Assembly: GCA_951406725.2 (NCBI GenBank)
Contig: OX597831.1
Location: 7,874,001 to 7,938,000 of the forward strand
Direction: 5' to 3'
Length of the DNA stretch: 64,000 bases
Source: Octopus vulgaris
Lineage: Eukaryota
Shown here: positions 38,207-48,649 of the stretch, piece after piece
Numbering within the stretch: the first letter of the stretch is position 1
Layout: each line of letters starts with the position of its first letter
Notes under the pieces: model-generated
Seen by the model: the letters and a program-made list of their open reading frames with translations, nothing else
Databases searched by the model: none
Told to the model about the DNA's origin: nothing
Program-made: the position numbers and the translations under genes

Positions 38207-41200
38207 TAGAGAGAGAGAGAAGCCTTTCAGCTGCTCAGGGGTTTGGTGGATGGAAGTGTATTTGTGGATGTGTGTGCATATAAATTTATGTGCTTTCATC
38301 CATACATGCATTATATACTTAACTTCACATAAAAACACATACACACCCTTACTTATACACAGCCTCCTCCACATGCATGCATGCACTTTCGATATATATA
38401 GTATTTGTTAATTTTTTCTTTACTTTTAATTATATTTTATTACATTTATTTATCGTAATTAAAAGCAATCAATTCTCACTCTAAACTCCAAAAGGCCTTC
38501 TATTTCAGTTATAATAACATTTATCTTTGCCAAGAAGGATTAAATTGTTTTGCTAATTATAATATATATTATTGCAATTAATTTAATGTACCATCCAAAT
38601 TTATATGCTATGGAAGAATTAATTTTCCTCAAATAGGCATTCATTTATATGATGTTTGCTTGTCTGAACTCTCCTCTTTAAATGTATCTCTTATATTTTG
38701 TGATTTCATTACGATTGGGAGACTGGGTGTTGTAGGGTAGGGAGCTGAATGAGCATAAATCCATGAGGCACAATAATTATTACTAATTATAAAATATTGT
38801 TAACAAGCCAAATTACCACAAAATGTTTACTCAAACTAACAAAAAATTGTTTACAGTACGCTGGATGTTATGTGGGGAAGTCACATCATCTCGTTATATC
38901 CTTCTTACCCAGCATACATAATCCACACCTGATATATATCTTTCATTATTTAATGACTGGTTTTTGCCTTTAAGAAATATTTCTTTAATTATCTTAATGA
39001 AAAATTTCCTTAGAAAGATGAAAGGAATGTTAACAAAGTCCCATGTGCTTGTCAGCTAATTGCAGTGGGTGGATGACAACAAAGTCATAGCAGTGGTGAT
39101 GTGCCACCCCTGATGGCCAATAATAGCTACACAAAACATCACAGCCAAAAATAAGAGTTTTACATCTTGTATGGCAATACTCTTGACCAAAACATAAACA
39201 ACCATACAGTTGAACTGAAAAAAGACAAAGTTGAAATACGGTGCTCCTATAACGTAGTTTATTTCTGATAAATTCAGGGTTTCATACTTTATTCTAGTAT
39301 ATTGTCACATTTTACTTACATTCACAGAATCACACATTTTTTCTGAAAAACCAGTTTAAAATATCTTTCATCATCACCGTCGTTTAACGTCCGTTTTCCG
39401 CGCTAGCACAGGTTGGACGGTTTGACCGGGGTCAGGGAAGCCAGGGGCTGCACCAGGTTCCAGTCTGATCTGGCAGAGTTTCTACAGCTGGATGCCCTTC
39501 CTAACGCCAACCACTCCGTGAGTGTAGTGGGTGCTTTCTACGTGCCACCTGCACAGGTGCCAGGGGGGTCCGGCATCGGCCGAGGGGTCCGGCATCATAA
39601 AACTTACTAAATTTGTTTTTTCCACAAAATATACTTGTTAAATATGGATATGTCTTAAGCAAAGATACATCATACAGCTTGACAAAATATGGTACATTCG
39701 TACATCCATACATAGTCATATATAAATGCAAATATCTTCATGCATATACATGCACATGTATATGCATTCAAAGTTACACATGCACATACATCTGCTCTTT
39801 TGTACATTCATTCAAACACTCAAGACCCAAGTGTTGTTATGGAAGATTTCTTAAATTGACTGAATCGTTATTTGAGCAAAATGTTAAAGAAAAGAACTAA
39901 AAAAAAAATACAAATGAAATTATTTAATACATTAAAAAACAATAAGAGGTTCATTTCAAAACAATTAGTGTTTTTCACAAATAATAGAAATATGAAATCA
40001 CAAAATGCACATTGATAGAATAATCTTGTAAGAAGAGGAACACATGTGGACATACAGAAATGTTAAATAATGGGGGAGAAAAAAGGAAAAGAAAGAACAA
40101 ATTAGTCTGAGCTGTTAAACACGAAATGAATTGTTTGTAATTTTGAATAAGCTTGTAAATTGCAGGAAAACACAAGTCTTGGGGTTTTGAATGAAATTCC
40201 TCTTCACAAACAGATAATTTTCAAAATAATTTTCAAAATGAAACTGTGTACATTTATACTTATCATATTTTCTCAATTCCACATATAAAGCATCCATGTT
40301 GATGCTATGTAAGAAGCACTCAATACACTTTGTAAAGTGGTTGGAATTAAGGAAATGGCATCAGGCTGTAGGAACCATTTCAAAGCAGACAATAGGAGCC
40401 TGGTGCATCTCTCTGGTGTGCCAGCCCCTCTCAAACTGTCCAACCCAGACAGCATGGAAAATGGACGTTAAATGACATCGGTGACCACATTCGTGTGCAC
40501 TCAAACGAGCTGAAAAGGTTGAAGCACCAAATTTTCTTGTTGGAACGACCACTGGCAAAACGCCCGTTAGCATATCATGTTCATGTGTTGATAACCATTT
40601 TTACTTTTGCTAATGTGTATTACTGCATCAATATGTGCATTATTGTATCAATTTGTATGCCTGTTTATGTGACACATTGTTGCATCAACCAACAATGAAT
40701 CTTTGAAACAGCTGTAAAGACCTGTCGAGGGCAACATTTTTATTTTTACCAAATATGTTTATATTTCGTTTTTGGATTTGGTTTGCAAGATTCTTTATAT
40801 GAGTTTGTGTGTTGAAGCATATTCTATTGTGTTTGGGGAGAGTCATTTTCTTTTTGTACCTTATTATGTAACACACTCACTGGTAAAATTTCCACTTTTT
40901 TTTTTTCTTATTTTTATTGTCCTAAAATTTTCGTTGCGTCTTGCAACCTTTCCAATAGTTTTGACTCTTGAACTATTGAAAAGGTTGCAAGACGCAGCGG
41001 AAATTTTAGGAAAATAAAAATAAGAAAAAAAAGTGGAAATTTTACCAGTGAGTGTGTTACATAATAAGGCACAAAAAGAAAATGACTCTCCCCAGACACA
41101 ATAGAATATGTTTATGTTTGTATAGCAACTTTTATAAACGAATTAATGCCATATAAAAGTTCTTGTCTGCCGTTTCTCTTTTTATATATGTATCTGTGTG

Positions 41201-44189
41201 TGTGTGTGAACATTATGATGATGATGATTTTTATCCACTACACTAACAATTCACTCCCCCCCCCTGTTCTGCTTGTCAGCAATACACCACAGCAAAGAGG
41301 TTGAGTTCTTTGATTTGTTGAGAAGTAAATGGAACCATCAAATATTGCGATAAGTTGAGTAGGGAAATCAATAAGAGTTAGTGTGGCTGCTAGAAGTCAG
41401 GATAATGATTCCATTATCACAATGAAGAATTACTTCTGGTTTGTGTCGAACTGTTTGAAGTAGCAAGCAGTAAAATCTTTCAAATGTGTATAATTCTTGG
41501 AGATAAACATGAATTTTGTGGGATAAATTGAGTTTGAGCAAACGTAAAGACAATTACGGTAATTCCTTAATCAGGAAAGTGCATAGAACCAGGACTGTAG
41601 CTTAACTTTGGTTTGAGTGAATGAAGAAGAAATGAATATATTCTTTGCAATTCTTCCCGTTATTAGCATTATTCAAGGATAATTGACATTTGCAATTATT
41701 ACTAACAGGAGGTTGGTGCCACTAGAAAAGAAAAATTAAAGCAGATTCTGTTAGTTTTTGGCAAATGTGTAGCAGTAGCCAGTTGTGTGTGTGTGTGTGT
41801 GTCTGTCTCCGCCCGTCTGTCCTTTGTCATTGCATTTCAGTGAAAGATGTCAATACTGGCAGGTGTGATATTTGTTCTGCCCAAATTACACAGGTGCTTC
41901 CTTATCATTCCCCACCATCCAAAACAAGTGTTTACTTCATTGAGAACCTGTAAACGATGGCAATTTTGTTCAAATATCAAAATGTTGTAGAAAAAATGAT
42001 AAATAAAAAGTTTGTTACCAGCAAAAAGCAGGAGTGAAGAGGAGAGTCATAGCTTGCTGTGTCTTGGTTTCCCCAATCAGAGAAAAGGTAAGGCCCTTAA
42101 GGACTCCTCTCTGTAGGTACAACAAGCGTAGCTGTGTGGTTAAGAAGCTCACTTTGTAACTGTGTGATTTGGGTTCAGTCCTACCACATGGCACTTTGAC
42201 CAATTGCCTTCTACTCTTACCTTGGCCTGACCAATGCTTTGTGAGTAAATTTGAATGATGGAAACTGTGGAAGCCCATATGTGTATGTGTGTCTTTGTGT
42301 TTGTCTCACCCCACCACCACCATCAGCACCACTTGACAACTGGTGTTGGTTTGTTTAAATCTCTGCAATTTAGCAGTTCAGCAAAAGACACTGATAGAAT
42401 AAAAGTCAGACTTAATTACATAAACCATAAGTACTGGGGTTGATTTCTTCCACTAGACATATTAAGGTGGTGCCCCAGCATGGCCAAACCCTAATGACTG
42501 AAACAAGTAAAAGCTAAAACGGCCATTGCATATGTGGAATGAAAGTGTACTTTGCATCTGCTTTTGAGGAACCAAAACTGAGTTCTTGGTTGATTCCACA
42601 CTGAAGAAAGAATTGGCAACGAAAACTGGAGCATTCCAAGAATGAAGCACCAGGCTAAAAGACATTCATTTCATCTCAGTTCCCTCAGAGTTTGAATATT
42701 ATCTAGCGAGGTCGTCGCCAGTGCTGCTGGACTGGCTCCTGTGCAGGTGGCACGTAAAGAGCACCATTTGGGTGTGGCCGTTGCCAATACCACCAAACTG
42801 GCCCTCGTGCCGGTGGCACATAAAAGCACCCACTACACACTCGGACTGGTTGGCGTTAGGAAGGACATCCAGCTGTAGAAACTCTGCCAGATCAGATTGA
42901 AGCCTGGTGCAGCCATCTGGTTCACCAGACCTCAGTCAAATCGTCCAACCCATGCTAGCATGGAAAGCAGATGTTAAATGATGATGATGAGGTTTCCTCA
43001 TTGAGGGATTGATAAAAGAAGGGCTGTTAATTTGCTGACATTGGCTCAGTTGGCCCTCACAGTGGTTGGCTTTGTTCACAAGTAAATATTAAAACAAAAA
43101 AAAATCAACATTGTATTGAATTTGTCAGATGGAAACTATTTGGAAGCCCATCATATACCTGTATGTGAATGTGTGTGTGTGTGTGTTTGTGTTTCTCCTC
43201 CCACCACTTAATGGCCAGTGTTGGTTTGTTTACATTCATGTAACATAATGGTTCGGCAAAAGACTCATTTTGTAGCAGTGCTCCAGCATGGAGGGCTACT
43301 GCAGTCCAATGACAGAAACAAGTAAAAGATAAAAGATAATATTTTAAATGAAGTCACTGTGGTTTGTGTAAGAGGCTCAAAGTAAATAAGAAAGAAAAAA
43401 AATATTTGAAGACAAAACAAATGAAGGGAGACAGGTAAATCAATCATTTTAAAAATAAATAAAATAAGACAAGACAAAAGTGTGAATCTCGTTATTTGTT
43501 GATGATTAGAGAGGAAAAGATTATGAATGCTTGTGAAATTCAAATGTCTATTTTCTATTTTTCTAGGTTCTCAATCATGGTGAACCACCTGGCAATAGTT
43601 TCATTGAGAAAATTGATTCTTTTGAAGCAGTTTCCATGGTAAGAGACTTGTTGCAGTGCTTTCCCTGTTATATTTAAGAGTTATCGCTCTATTCATGCTA
43701 TCGTATCATTTTTCACTCTTCTTCCATGGTATCAGGCTTTGCTATCCCACAAGGTTTCAGATTGGATAGTTTTGGCAGAAATGTTGCAAAAAAGCTGCTG
43801 CAAGGCACCACTAATTGTCTGCGATTCCTGTGAAAAGTGCTGAGTCTCAAGAGAGATAATTTTCCTTGTCTTGAAAGCCATGCAGAAATTTACTGATGTG
43901 CTTGGTGGCAGAGATAATGGCAGCGGCGGCAGTGGTGGTGGGGGTGGAGGAGAAGGCAGTGGCGATGGTGGTGGAGGAGGAGGTGGTGGTGATTGGTGTT
44001 TAGATCAAGAAGTAGATCCAGGTTCTTCCTCCCATGACCATCCTGTCTTTTTTGTATATCGGGGACTATATTGTCCAGTAGCATGTCACTATATTGTCAC
44101 AGTAGCATGTGATTTATGGAAATTTAGCTGCTATTTCTACTGGGTCAAGCAAATATATAGATGTTCTTTAATTGGCTCAGCAGCTTTAG

Positions 44190-44237
<48 letters not shown>

Positions 44238-44717
44238 GACAGAGAGAACGAGAGGTGTTTCAATTTTGAAGAATCTCCAGGTAAAAAGAGTTCTGATAAT
44301 TTGTCCATTTTCTGATTGCAGAATGAAATATTAGGTGTTTATCAAGATGTTGGATCTGTGAATGCTGAACCAATTCCATTTGAAACTCTAATTGCACATC
44401 CTTTCATACAAGATATCATTGCAAAAGGCAACCAATTCTTGATGCTGGTAAGATCTCTCTCTTTCTCTATCTCCCTTTCATTCTCTCTTTCTATCTCCTC
44501 TTTCTCTTTCATTCTCTCTCCTCTCCTCTCTTATTCTCTCTTTCTCTCCCTTTCATTCTCTCTCTCTCCTCTTCTCTCTTATTCTCTCGCTTTCTCTTTC
44601 TCTCTCTCCCCCTCTTTAAAACTCTACATACACTTTAATTCTTTTTTTTTCTGCTTCATTTAGCCATCCTTCTTCCTTTATTTTTTACCTCCTCCTCATC
44701 TCTTCATCTCTCTATGC

Positions 44718-44748
<31 letters not shown>

Positions 44749-45168
44749 GCCTCTCTTTCTCTCTGTCTCCATCTTCCCATTGTCCTCTTTCTTACATTTT
44801 GCTTTTATCTTTCTATGTTTCCTTCTCCCTGTGATTCCTCCTCCCCTTCCGTCCCCTCCTCCCTGTATCCTTCGTTCTCTCTCTCTTTCGCCACAGACTT
44901 CATTCAGATCTACTCTTGCAACAGAATTGCTTCTTCACGTCTTCACTATTCATTTCAAATTCAAACTCTCATTCCCACCAAATATTCTCAAGAAATTATT
45001 ATCTCCCTTGTATTAACCAACCACTAGGTGACACCACATGATGTAAATTGTTTGACGATATAAATGGGAGTTGATAACTCTGTGATGTGCTGCACTGACC
45101 ATTGGTGGCTAGGATGGGTATGTGGCTTGGAAGAAGGTTTCCTTGCAAACTACAAGGCAAAACCCCAT

Positions 45169-45207
<39 letters not shown>

Positions 45208-45706
45208 TGCTCCACTCTAGCTGACAGCTATATACCATTTTGACAAAGATAGAAGAGCCTTAGTTCAAGACATTCCATTCCATTATATTTCTTTTCTGAG
45301 GAAACGGTTTTGGTTTTTTTATGTCACTGTCTCCAAGAAGTGTCCGTTTGATATTTATTGCATTTTAAACTGAAAATTATTAGACAAAAAGAGGACATGT
45401 GGAAATGGATCAAAATATGTTTACCTGGCAGAGTTTCACTATGAACGCATGTGTCTCTTTGGAGAGACTTCAATGTAATGGCTTCTTCTTCTTCTTCTTC
45501 TTCTTCTTCTTCTTTTGTCTGTGTGTCCTCGATTCCCATTCCCCCCATCCCATACCCTTTCATCATATTATTGATTTATCATAAATAGCTGTCTTATAAT
45601 GTTTATCCAAACAAATCTTATCGCTTATCTATTTCAGGACATCAAAAATATTTTGTACAACTCTCCAGAAACTTCTGACCTCAATGCAAGCTGCAAATTG
45701 AAATAA
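8360..45706 (+). CDS. SPEF2: Sperm flagellar protein 2 (SPEF2/KPL2), 3' portion; 11 coding exons joined 8360-8501, 8668-8767, 11529-11633, 14461-14589, 17139-17333, 18772-18912, 22770-22900, 29189-29405, 43567-43638, 44322-44447, 45638-45706
   Basis: All introns are GT...AG with consistent phases (1427 nt, one open frame ending TAA). The translation aligns collinearly with the SPEF2 C-terminus as I recall it: WIGSRFL~WLGERYL, APLGFISTKSF~APKGIIGNKAF, NTDFIDWRRF~NSEFVDWRKF, PPSLNYEKMLLYFC~PPQLDYTQMLLYFA, EGFTRALS~EGVYRALS, HPFIQDII~HPFIQDLI, DIKNIL~DIKIIL. Confidence 0.93.
8668..8767 (+). CDS. SPEF2: SPEF2 exon: (S)IDQMAGLMKNAIENGDKLEKELILDNGDFYIDE
   Basis: ttattctag acceptor, gtaagt donor, phase 2 matches the previous exon; resembles IQNELYLSQEDFFI. 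Confidence 0.9.
8981..9310 (+). mobile_element. tRNA-derived SINE family D, near full length
   Basis: A-box-like tggtccagtggttagg and B-box-like ...attcccag; copies at 23438 and 27137 (-). Confidence 0.85.
9335..9620 (-). mobile_element. RTE-clade LINE 3' remnant
   Basis: Reverse complement resembles the RTE 3' segments at 24400-24760 and 30100-30270. Confidence 0.55.
9928..10140 (+). mobile_element. SINE family B
   Basis: gagctggcagaaacgttagcacgccgggc...aggtcgactttgccttt. Confidence 0.85.
10540..11330 (-). mobile_element. 5'-truncated non-LTR retrotransposon with restriction-like endonuclease (HERO-like): ORF end plus 3' UTR
   Basis: ORF 11143-11328 LAVGARGF...KLIRRVQEAVEKASFYIWLKR resembles the C-terminal VG(A/C)RGF...E.AS.W.W.KR signature of RLE-type elements; GC-richer UTR follows. 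Confidence 0.7.
11529..11633 (+). CDS. SPEF2: SPEF2 exon: EYLTLKQTTPAPTPEFTEYHNNQMTCVQLSAFLTQ
   Basis: attgccag acceptor, CAG|gtgagt donor, 105 nt phase 0/0; Pro-rich stretch then T.xQL as in SPEF2. Confidence 0.82.
13060..13480 (+). pseudogene. Degenerate APE-type LINE (CR1/Jockey-group) internal fragment
   Basis: C/T-rich coding-like sequence with an NPDGTAV motif; highly decayed. Confidence 0.35.
13990..14290 (+). mobile_element. tRNA-derived SINE family E
   Basis: ggtgcatggtgcagtgg...gagttcaattcct...tgttccagtccactcagctg..aaatgagt; copies at 34900-35178 (-), 26525 and 48955. Confidence 0.7.
14461..14589 (+). CDS. SPEF2: SPEF2 exon: FQLVAPLGFISTKSFQETLEDLVSTSHGISALPELWMQPNFAR
   Basis: ttgcttccag acceptor, gtaaga donor; APxG...DLV...PxxWM motif. 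Confidence 0.92.
15063..15179 (-). pseudogene. Possible Ty3/gypsy gag remnant (EPVDEYIASLQKLVLDWKFQ)
   Basis: Resembles the E.V..Y...L..LA..C.F motif of retrotransposon gag. Confidence 0.4.
15575..15903 (+). mobile_element. SINE family A with internal ~60-bp tandem units
   Basis: Three gtgcc.gtg.ca.gt units, then the aagggcatc...(GAT)n tail. Confidence 0.88.
16272..16667 (+). mobile_element. Non-autonomous Helitron
   Basis: A|TC 5' end, subterminal hairpin ccc(a)agc-aac-gctggg, CTAG|T 3' end, no TSD; second copy at 62507-62903. Confidence 0.88.
17139..17333 (+). CDS. SPEF2: SPEF2 exon: VQQNIQILAKKISSNTDFIDWRRF...DVNKTGFIDYEMFNS (EF-hand-like)
   Basis: catttcag acceptor (alternative in-frame CAGs end at 17147 and 17156), gtaagt donor; DWRxF motif. 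Confidence 0.9.
17663..17873 (+). mobile_element. piggyBac-like MITE
   Basis: TTAA|CCCTTTAGCATT...AATGCTAAAGAG|TTAA; a 3' fragment of the same family lies at ~520-626. Confidence 0.8.
18130..18348 (+). mobile_element. SINE family B inserted into a family C SINE, with 17-bp TSD
   Basis: GGAAACTGTGCAGAAGC duplicated at 18113-18129 and 18349-18365. Confidence 0.9.
18772..18912 (+). CDS. SPEF2: SPEF2 exon: VPLWPEEDIKKHNESYNFDRSSKLKEIFFDLFTEFNTQPPSLNYEKM
   Basis: tctttcaacag acceptor, ATG|gtgcga donor; FxR..L.E.FF.LF...PP.L.Y..M motif. Confidence 0.9.
19700..20035. repeat. (ACT/ACC)n trinucleotide microsatellite
   Basis: Direct reading; the poly-Thr, Val, Tyr/His ORFs are artefacts. Confidence 0.97.
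20560..20956 (+). mobile_element. SINE family A
   Basis: Tandem units plus aggaagggcatccagctgtagaaac...(GAT)n tail. Confidence 0.88.
21885..22410 (-). mobile_element. Two tandem related PLE-pLTR-like fragments between (TA)n tracts
   Basis: aatatggtacttaa...gtgattataatcaaaa...catgctacttca.ttattaaacac occurs twice (~21955-22170 and ~22267-22400). Confidence 0.45.
22770..22900 (+). CDS. SPEF2: SPEF2 exon: LLYFCSKPSMFEGFTRALSLSCIANSIRDKGLSAISASQFPIE
   Basis: Pyrimidine tract plus AAG acceptor, gtaagt donor (phase 2); LLYF...EG..RALS motif. Confidence 0.9.
23255..23337 (+). ncRNA. Minimal type-I hammerhead ribozyme with intact core, in a PLE-like pLTR (23150-23387)
   Basis: CTGATGA 23261-67; helix II GAAGGC/GTCTTC with nested gcata/tatgc and cctaatt/aattagg; GAAAC-ATAT-GTC; tctt/aaga helix I; AATAAA at 23337. 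Confidence 0.8.
23438..23660 (+). mobile_element. Chimeric SINE: family D head plus family C tail and poly(A)
   Basis: 23438-23594 matches the 8981 copy; ctaaaggcggtgccccagcatggccgcagtcaaatgactgaaacaag matches the end of the 32173 copy. Confidence 0.8.
23815..24760 (+). pseudogene. RTE-clade LINE reverse transcriptase C-terminal remnant
   Basis: LEVVHSFRHLGD, ARIRIGWAK, KGRLYDACVRTAMLHGKETWAVT...ERNEANMLRWMC; frameshifted. Confidence 0.9.
24828..24966 (-). ncRNA. Degenerate hammerhead motif
   Basis: Minus strand CTGATGA-AGTGGC...GCTACT-GAAAC-ACGT; the cleavage triplet and helix I are not intact. Confidence 0.45.
25215..25469 (+). mobile_element. SINE family A
   Basis: Same tail and (GAT)n end. 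Confidence 0.85.
27137..27462 (-). mobile_element. SINE family D
   Basis: Reverse complement of 8981-9310. Confidence 0.88.
27957..27991 (+). ncRNA. Minimal hammerhead variant in a (TA)n-flanked PLE-like fragment (27886-28091)
   Basis: gttt-CCGACGA-A-GAGC-tcc-GCTC-GAAAC-GTT-aaac. Confidence 0.65.
29189..29405 (+). CDS. SPEF2: SPEF2 exon, acidic E/A/P-rich linker: ADIPKIVMEAPKEEVTEAEASQAEAPEVPEVDK...LIPIGAILK
   Basis: Pyrimidine tract plus taag acceptor giving phase 2, AAG|gtgggt donor; occupies the position of the acidic low-complexity region of SPEF2. Confidence 0.82.
29689..29804 (-). ncRNA. Minimal type-I hammerhead ribozyme with intact core and long helix II insert
   Basis: Minus strand tcac-CTGATGA-tgtgca...tgctca-GAAAC-AATT-GTT-gtga. 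Confidence 0.75.
29925..30458 (+). mobile_element. RTE LINE 3' end running into the family A tail
   Basis: tggatgtccaatgtcagtg...tggtatggtcatgtgatgc shared with 24260-24560, then aggaagggcatc...gttaaatgatgatg. Confidence 0.8.
30490..30631. mobile_element. (TA)n-embedded repeat ending in a 70-bp fold-back palindrome (30562-30631)
   Basis: Arms are reverse complements with one mismatch and no loop; a related fragment lies inverted at 46215-46280. Confidence 0.85.
32173..32577 (+). mobile_element. Full-length tRNA-derived CORE-type SINE (family C)
   Basis: A-box-like gtggccgtgtggtaag, B-box-like ggttcagtcc, core tgggcaggtatctt, tail ...tgactgaaacaagt; many partial copies elsewhere. Confidence 0.9.
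33543..33596 (+). ncRNA. Type-I hammerhead with full helix III and a G5A core change
   Basis: ttccta-CTAATGA-AGCTA-cggaat-TAGCC-GAAAC-TGA-ccga-TCA-GTA-taaggaa, between ~65-bp direct repeats. Confidence 0.65.
34900..35178 (-). mobile_element. SINE family E
   Basis: Minus strand ggtgcatagctcagtggttagag...gagttcaattcct...ttgagcaagacac. Confidence 0.75.
37089..37309 (+). mobile_element. piggyBac-like MITE, second family
   Basis: TTAA|CCCTTT start; related pieces at ~50056-50190 and ~52600-52768. Confidence 0.6.
39195..39693. mobile_element. DNA-transposon-like repeat interrupted by a family A SINE (39368-39596, minus)
   Basis: Flanks match the inverted uninterrupted copy at 56880-57155. Confidence 0.7.
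40818..41110. repeat. 293-bp near-perfect palindrome (arms ~143/140 bp, 10-nt spacer 40961-40970)
   Basis: Arm-by-arm reverse complement comparison. Confidence 0.95.
42705..42990 (+). mobile_element. SINE family A
   Basis: Tandem units plus tail. Confidence 0.85.
43567..43638 (+). CDS. SPEF2: SPEF2 exon: VLNHGEPPGNSFIEKIDSFEAVSM
   Basis: ttttctag acceptor, ATG|gtaaga donor, phase 0/0, fits between flanking exons. Confidence 0.75.
44322..44447 (+). CDS. SPEF2: SPEF2 exon: NEILGVYQDVGSVNAEPIPFETLIAHPFIQDIIAKGNQFLML
   Basis: tgattgcag acceptor, CTG|gtaaga donor; QD.G..N.EPI...L..HPFIQD motif. Confidence 0.93.
45638..45706 (+). CDS. SPEF2: SPEF2 terminal coding exon: DIKNILYNSPETSDLNASCKLK*
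   Basis: ctatttcag acceptor, DIK.IL motif, TAA at 45704-45706. Confidence 0.88.
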   Translation, partial: DIKNILYNSPETSDLNASCKLK

Positions 45707-45849
45707 CTTCTCCAAACCAGATTTCAGTTTTTTTTTTGTTGTTTTTGGTTTTTTTTTTTGTAGATTTTGGATTTTGCCTTCTATCTTTTATTTATTTTCT
45801 TTTTTTGTTGTTTTTGTTTCTTTGTTGAATGGAATAGATAGAATGGTTG

Positions 45850-45855
45850 AATAAA
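45850..45855 (+). terminator. Probable SPEF2 polyadenylation signal AATAAA
   Basis: First AATAAA about 145 nt after the stop codon, followed by GT/T-rich sequence. Confidence 0.55.
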
Positions 45856-45939
45856 ATTTGAACTGTGGTTTTGTGTTGGAACCTTCTGGAATCTTTCTTT
45901 GTGTCTATTGCTTTATATGGTACTGTTACACATGATAAG

Positions 45940-46470
<531 letters not shown>

Positions 46471-46945
46471 TTCTAAAAGCCAAGATGATTTGAAATGATC
46501 ATGCTCTTTGGGATGTTTAATATCAGTTCACATGAATGATGTAAATACAAATGAACTGAAGGTGGGGGGAGCTGGATGTGGGAGGAATCAGATGTAAAGT
46601 GCAGGGGGGGGGAGACTGTTTTGGTAGAAGTGGTGGATGTGGGTGAAGGATTACAGCTGCATAAAGAAGCATTGAGTATGGGAAGTGGATGGCACCTGTG
46701 GAGGAGGGAATCCAAGGAAGACAGGAGCATATAGTAAAGTCTAATCTCAAGGAACTGAACGTCATGAAGGAGATAATGAAGAATCACAACCAATTCTGAC
46801 AACTTGAGCTGGAGAAGATTTGCTTAACTCTGTTAAAATGGTTGTTAAAATAATAATGGTGATAAAGTTGGGGTGTATAATATATAACTACATTTGGTTG
46901 TCTTGCTCATTGCATTCTTGTTATATTCTCGTTTGTTTCAAGAAA

Positions 46946-47177
46946 GGCGGCGAGCTGGCAGAAACGTTAGCACGCCGGGCGAAATGCTTTGTAGTATTTC
47001 GTCTGCCGTTACGTTCTAAGTTCAAATTCCGCTGAGGTCGACTTTGCCTTTCATCCTTTCGGGGTCGATAAATTAAGTACCAGTTACACACTGGGGGTCG
47101 ATGTAATCGACTTAATTCGTTTGTCTGTCCTTGTTTGTCCCCTCTATGTTTAGCCCCTTGTGGGTAATAAAGAAACA
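46946..47177 (+). mobile_element. Full-length SINE family B
   Basis: ggcggcgagctggcagaaacgttagc...agttcaaattcc...ccccttgtgggtaataaagaaa; decayed ~20-bp TSD tatattc..gtttgt.tcaa. Confidence 0.9.
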
Positions 47178-48649
47178 TATATTCGTGTTTGTATTCAATC
47201 CCCCTCTCTATTCATCATCCATTATTCCCCTACCTATATCACTCCTCGTTAACATCTCTCTCTCTCTTTTATTCTCATCCATCTCCGTTGCTTTTCATCA
47301 CTCTCTCTCCAAACTATATATAACCCTATCTTCTTGCCACCATATTTTGCTCGCTGCTCCCTTTCAGACTCCCAGTTTTTATGGCTCTATACACTGTACT
47401 GTTCTAGCACAATGCCATCTTCCACTTTGTTGGTATTCTGCTCTAACCACAGATTTGATCTCCACCTTGAACCATATTGTCTCATAGAAACTCACAAACT
47501 GTTTCCTATCTTACAAGTCCATATCTCTTTAAAAAAAAAAGAAGTCTCTCTCATAGAAGTAGGATTTGTCTCAAGTGGGTTTTGGTATCAAGAGAATTAG
47601 TATTGGAAAAGTTGCTTCTTTTACTAAGTTTTTTTTATTTTCAGATTTAATTGAAACACAAGCAGTGGTAGTTTTTATTAGAAATATCTGTTAAGTATTA
47701 ATTTGATTTCATGTTAAGTTACAGTTAAAAATCATTATAATAACTGGTTCGCCAGTCCTCAGTCAAATCGTCCAACCCATGCTAGCATGGAAATCGGACG
47801 TTAAACGATGATGATGATGATACCAGTGGTCAGAGCTGAAATAATTGTTGTGCAATAGATGTAGAGATCACCACACGAATAATTTTTTTTAGATTAGATT
47901 CTTAATGAAGTAGGAATAGGGCTATCCATTTTCTGTGGTTCATTGAATAAAATCTGTTTTTGGAAGTTACATATTCTATAGTTTATTAATGAGATTGCAT
48001 TTATAATTTCTTTTTGCAATTTCTATCCGTTATGTTAATTCCTCACCAATATTGAAAGTGATCTGACATTCAGCTTTATCACCTGCCTGCTTACTTTTAA
48101 CCTTATGTTGTTGAAGATAAAAATTTGTTTTTAGTATTACAGGTAAAATACCTGAAGACTGCTGTTTGAAGATTTGATTGTTTAAAGCAACATTTCTGAA
48201 ATTGTGAAGTAGAGAGACGGAGATGCTGGGTGGGGTGGAGGGTGGTGGTGGCGGAAGAAATGTAGAGTTGAGCTAAAGTTGGTGAGTGATTAAATTAGAT
48301 TCATAGGAGACCAATAAAAAAAGAAAATGAGGAAAAAAAATCCAAACAAAATAGAAGTTGAAAGTAGCAAGATAACTTACAATAAATATTATATTTCTGT
48401 TTTATCAAATTATATGGAAACCAAGAAGTCTTCTGAAAATTTATTTTGTACATATTAAAATTAATGTTTTTGAAATATTGGCTTCTAATGTTGAGAGAAG
48501 GCGAGGAGTTTGGGAACAGTAATTATGTCAATGAAATTGATGTCCCAGAATTTAACTGGTACAAGATGTTGAACTTTGATCAAGTGCTTTGTATAGATTG
48601 CTTATTCTTAATTATATATTCATATAAATTGTTTAATTAACACTTTTAG

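Noticed and set aside
43871-44233. Gly-rich 120-aa ORF
   Set aside because: (GGT/GGA)n low-complexity sequence inside the SPEF2 intron between 43638 and 44322
46520-46800. Penelope-like RT remnant on the minus strand
   Set aside because: Only vague motif resemblance, not supportable without alignment
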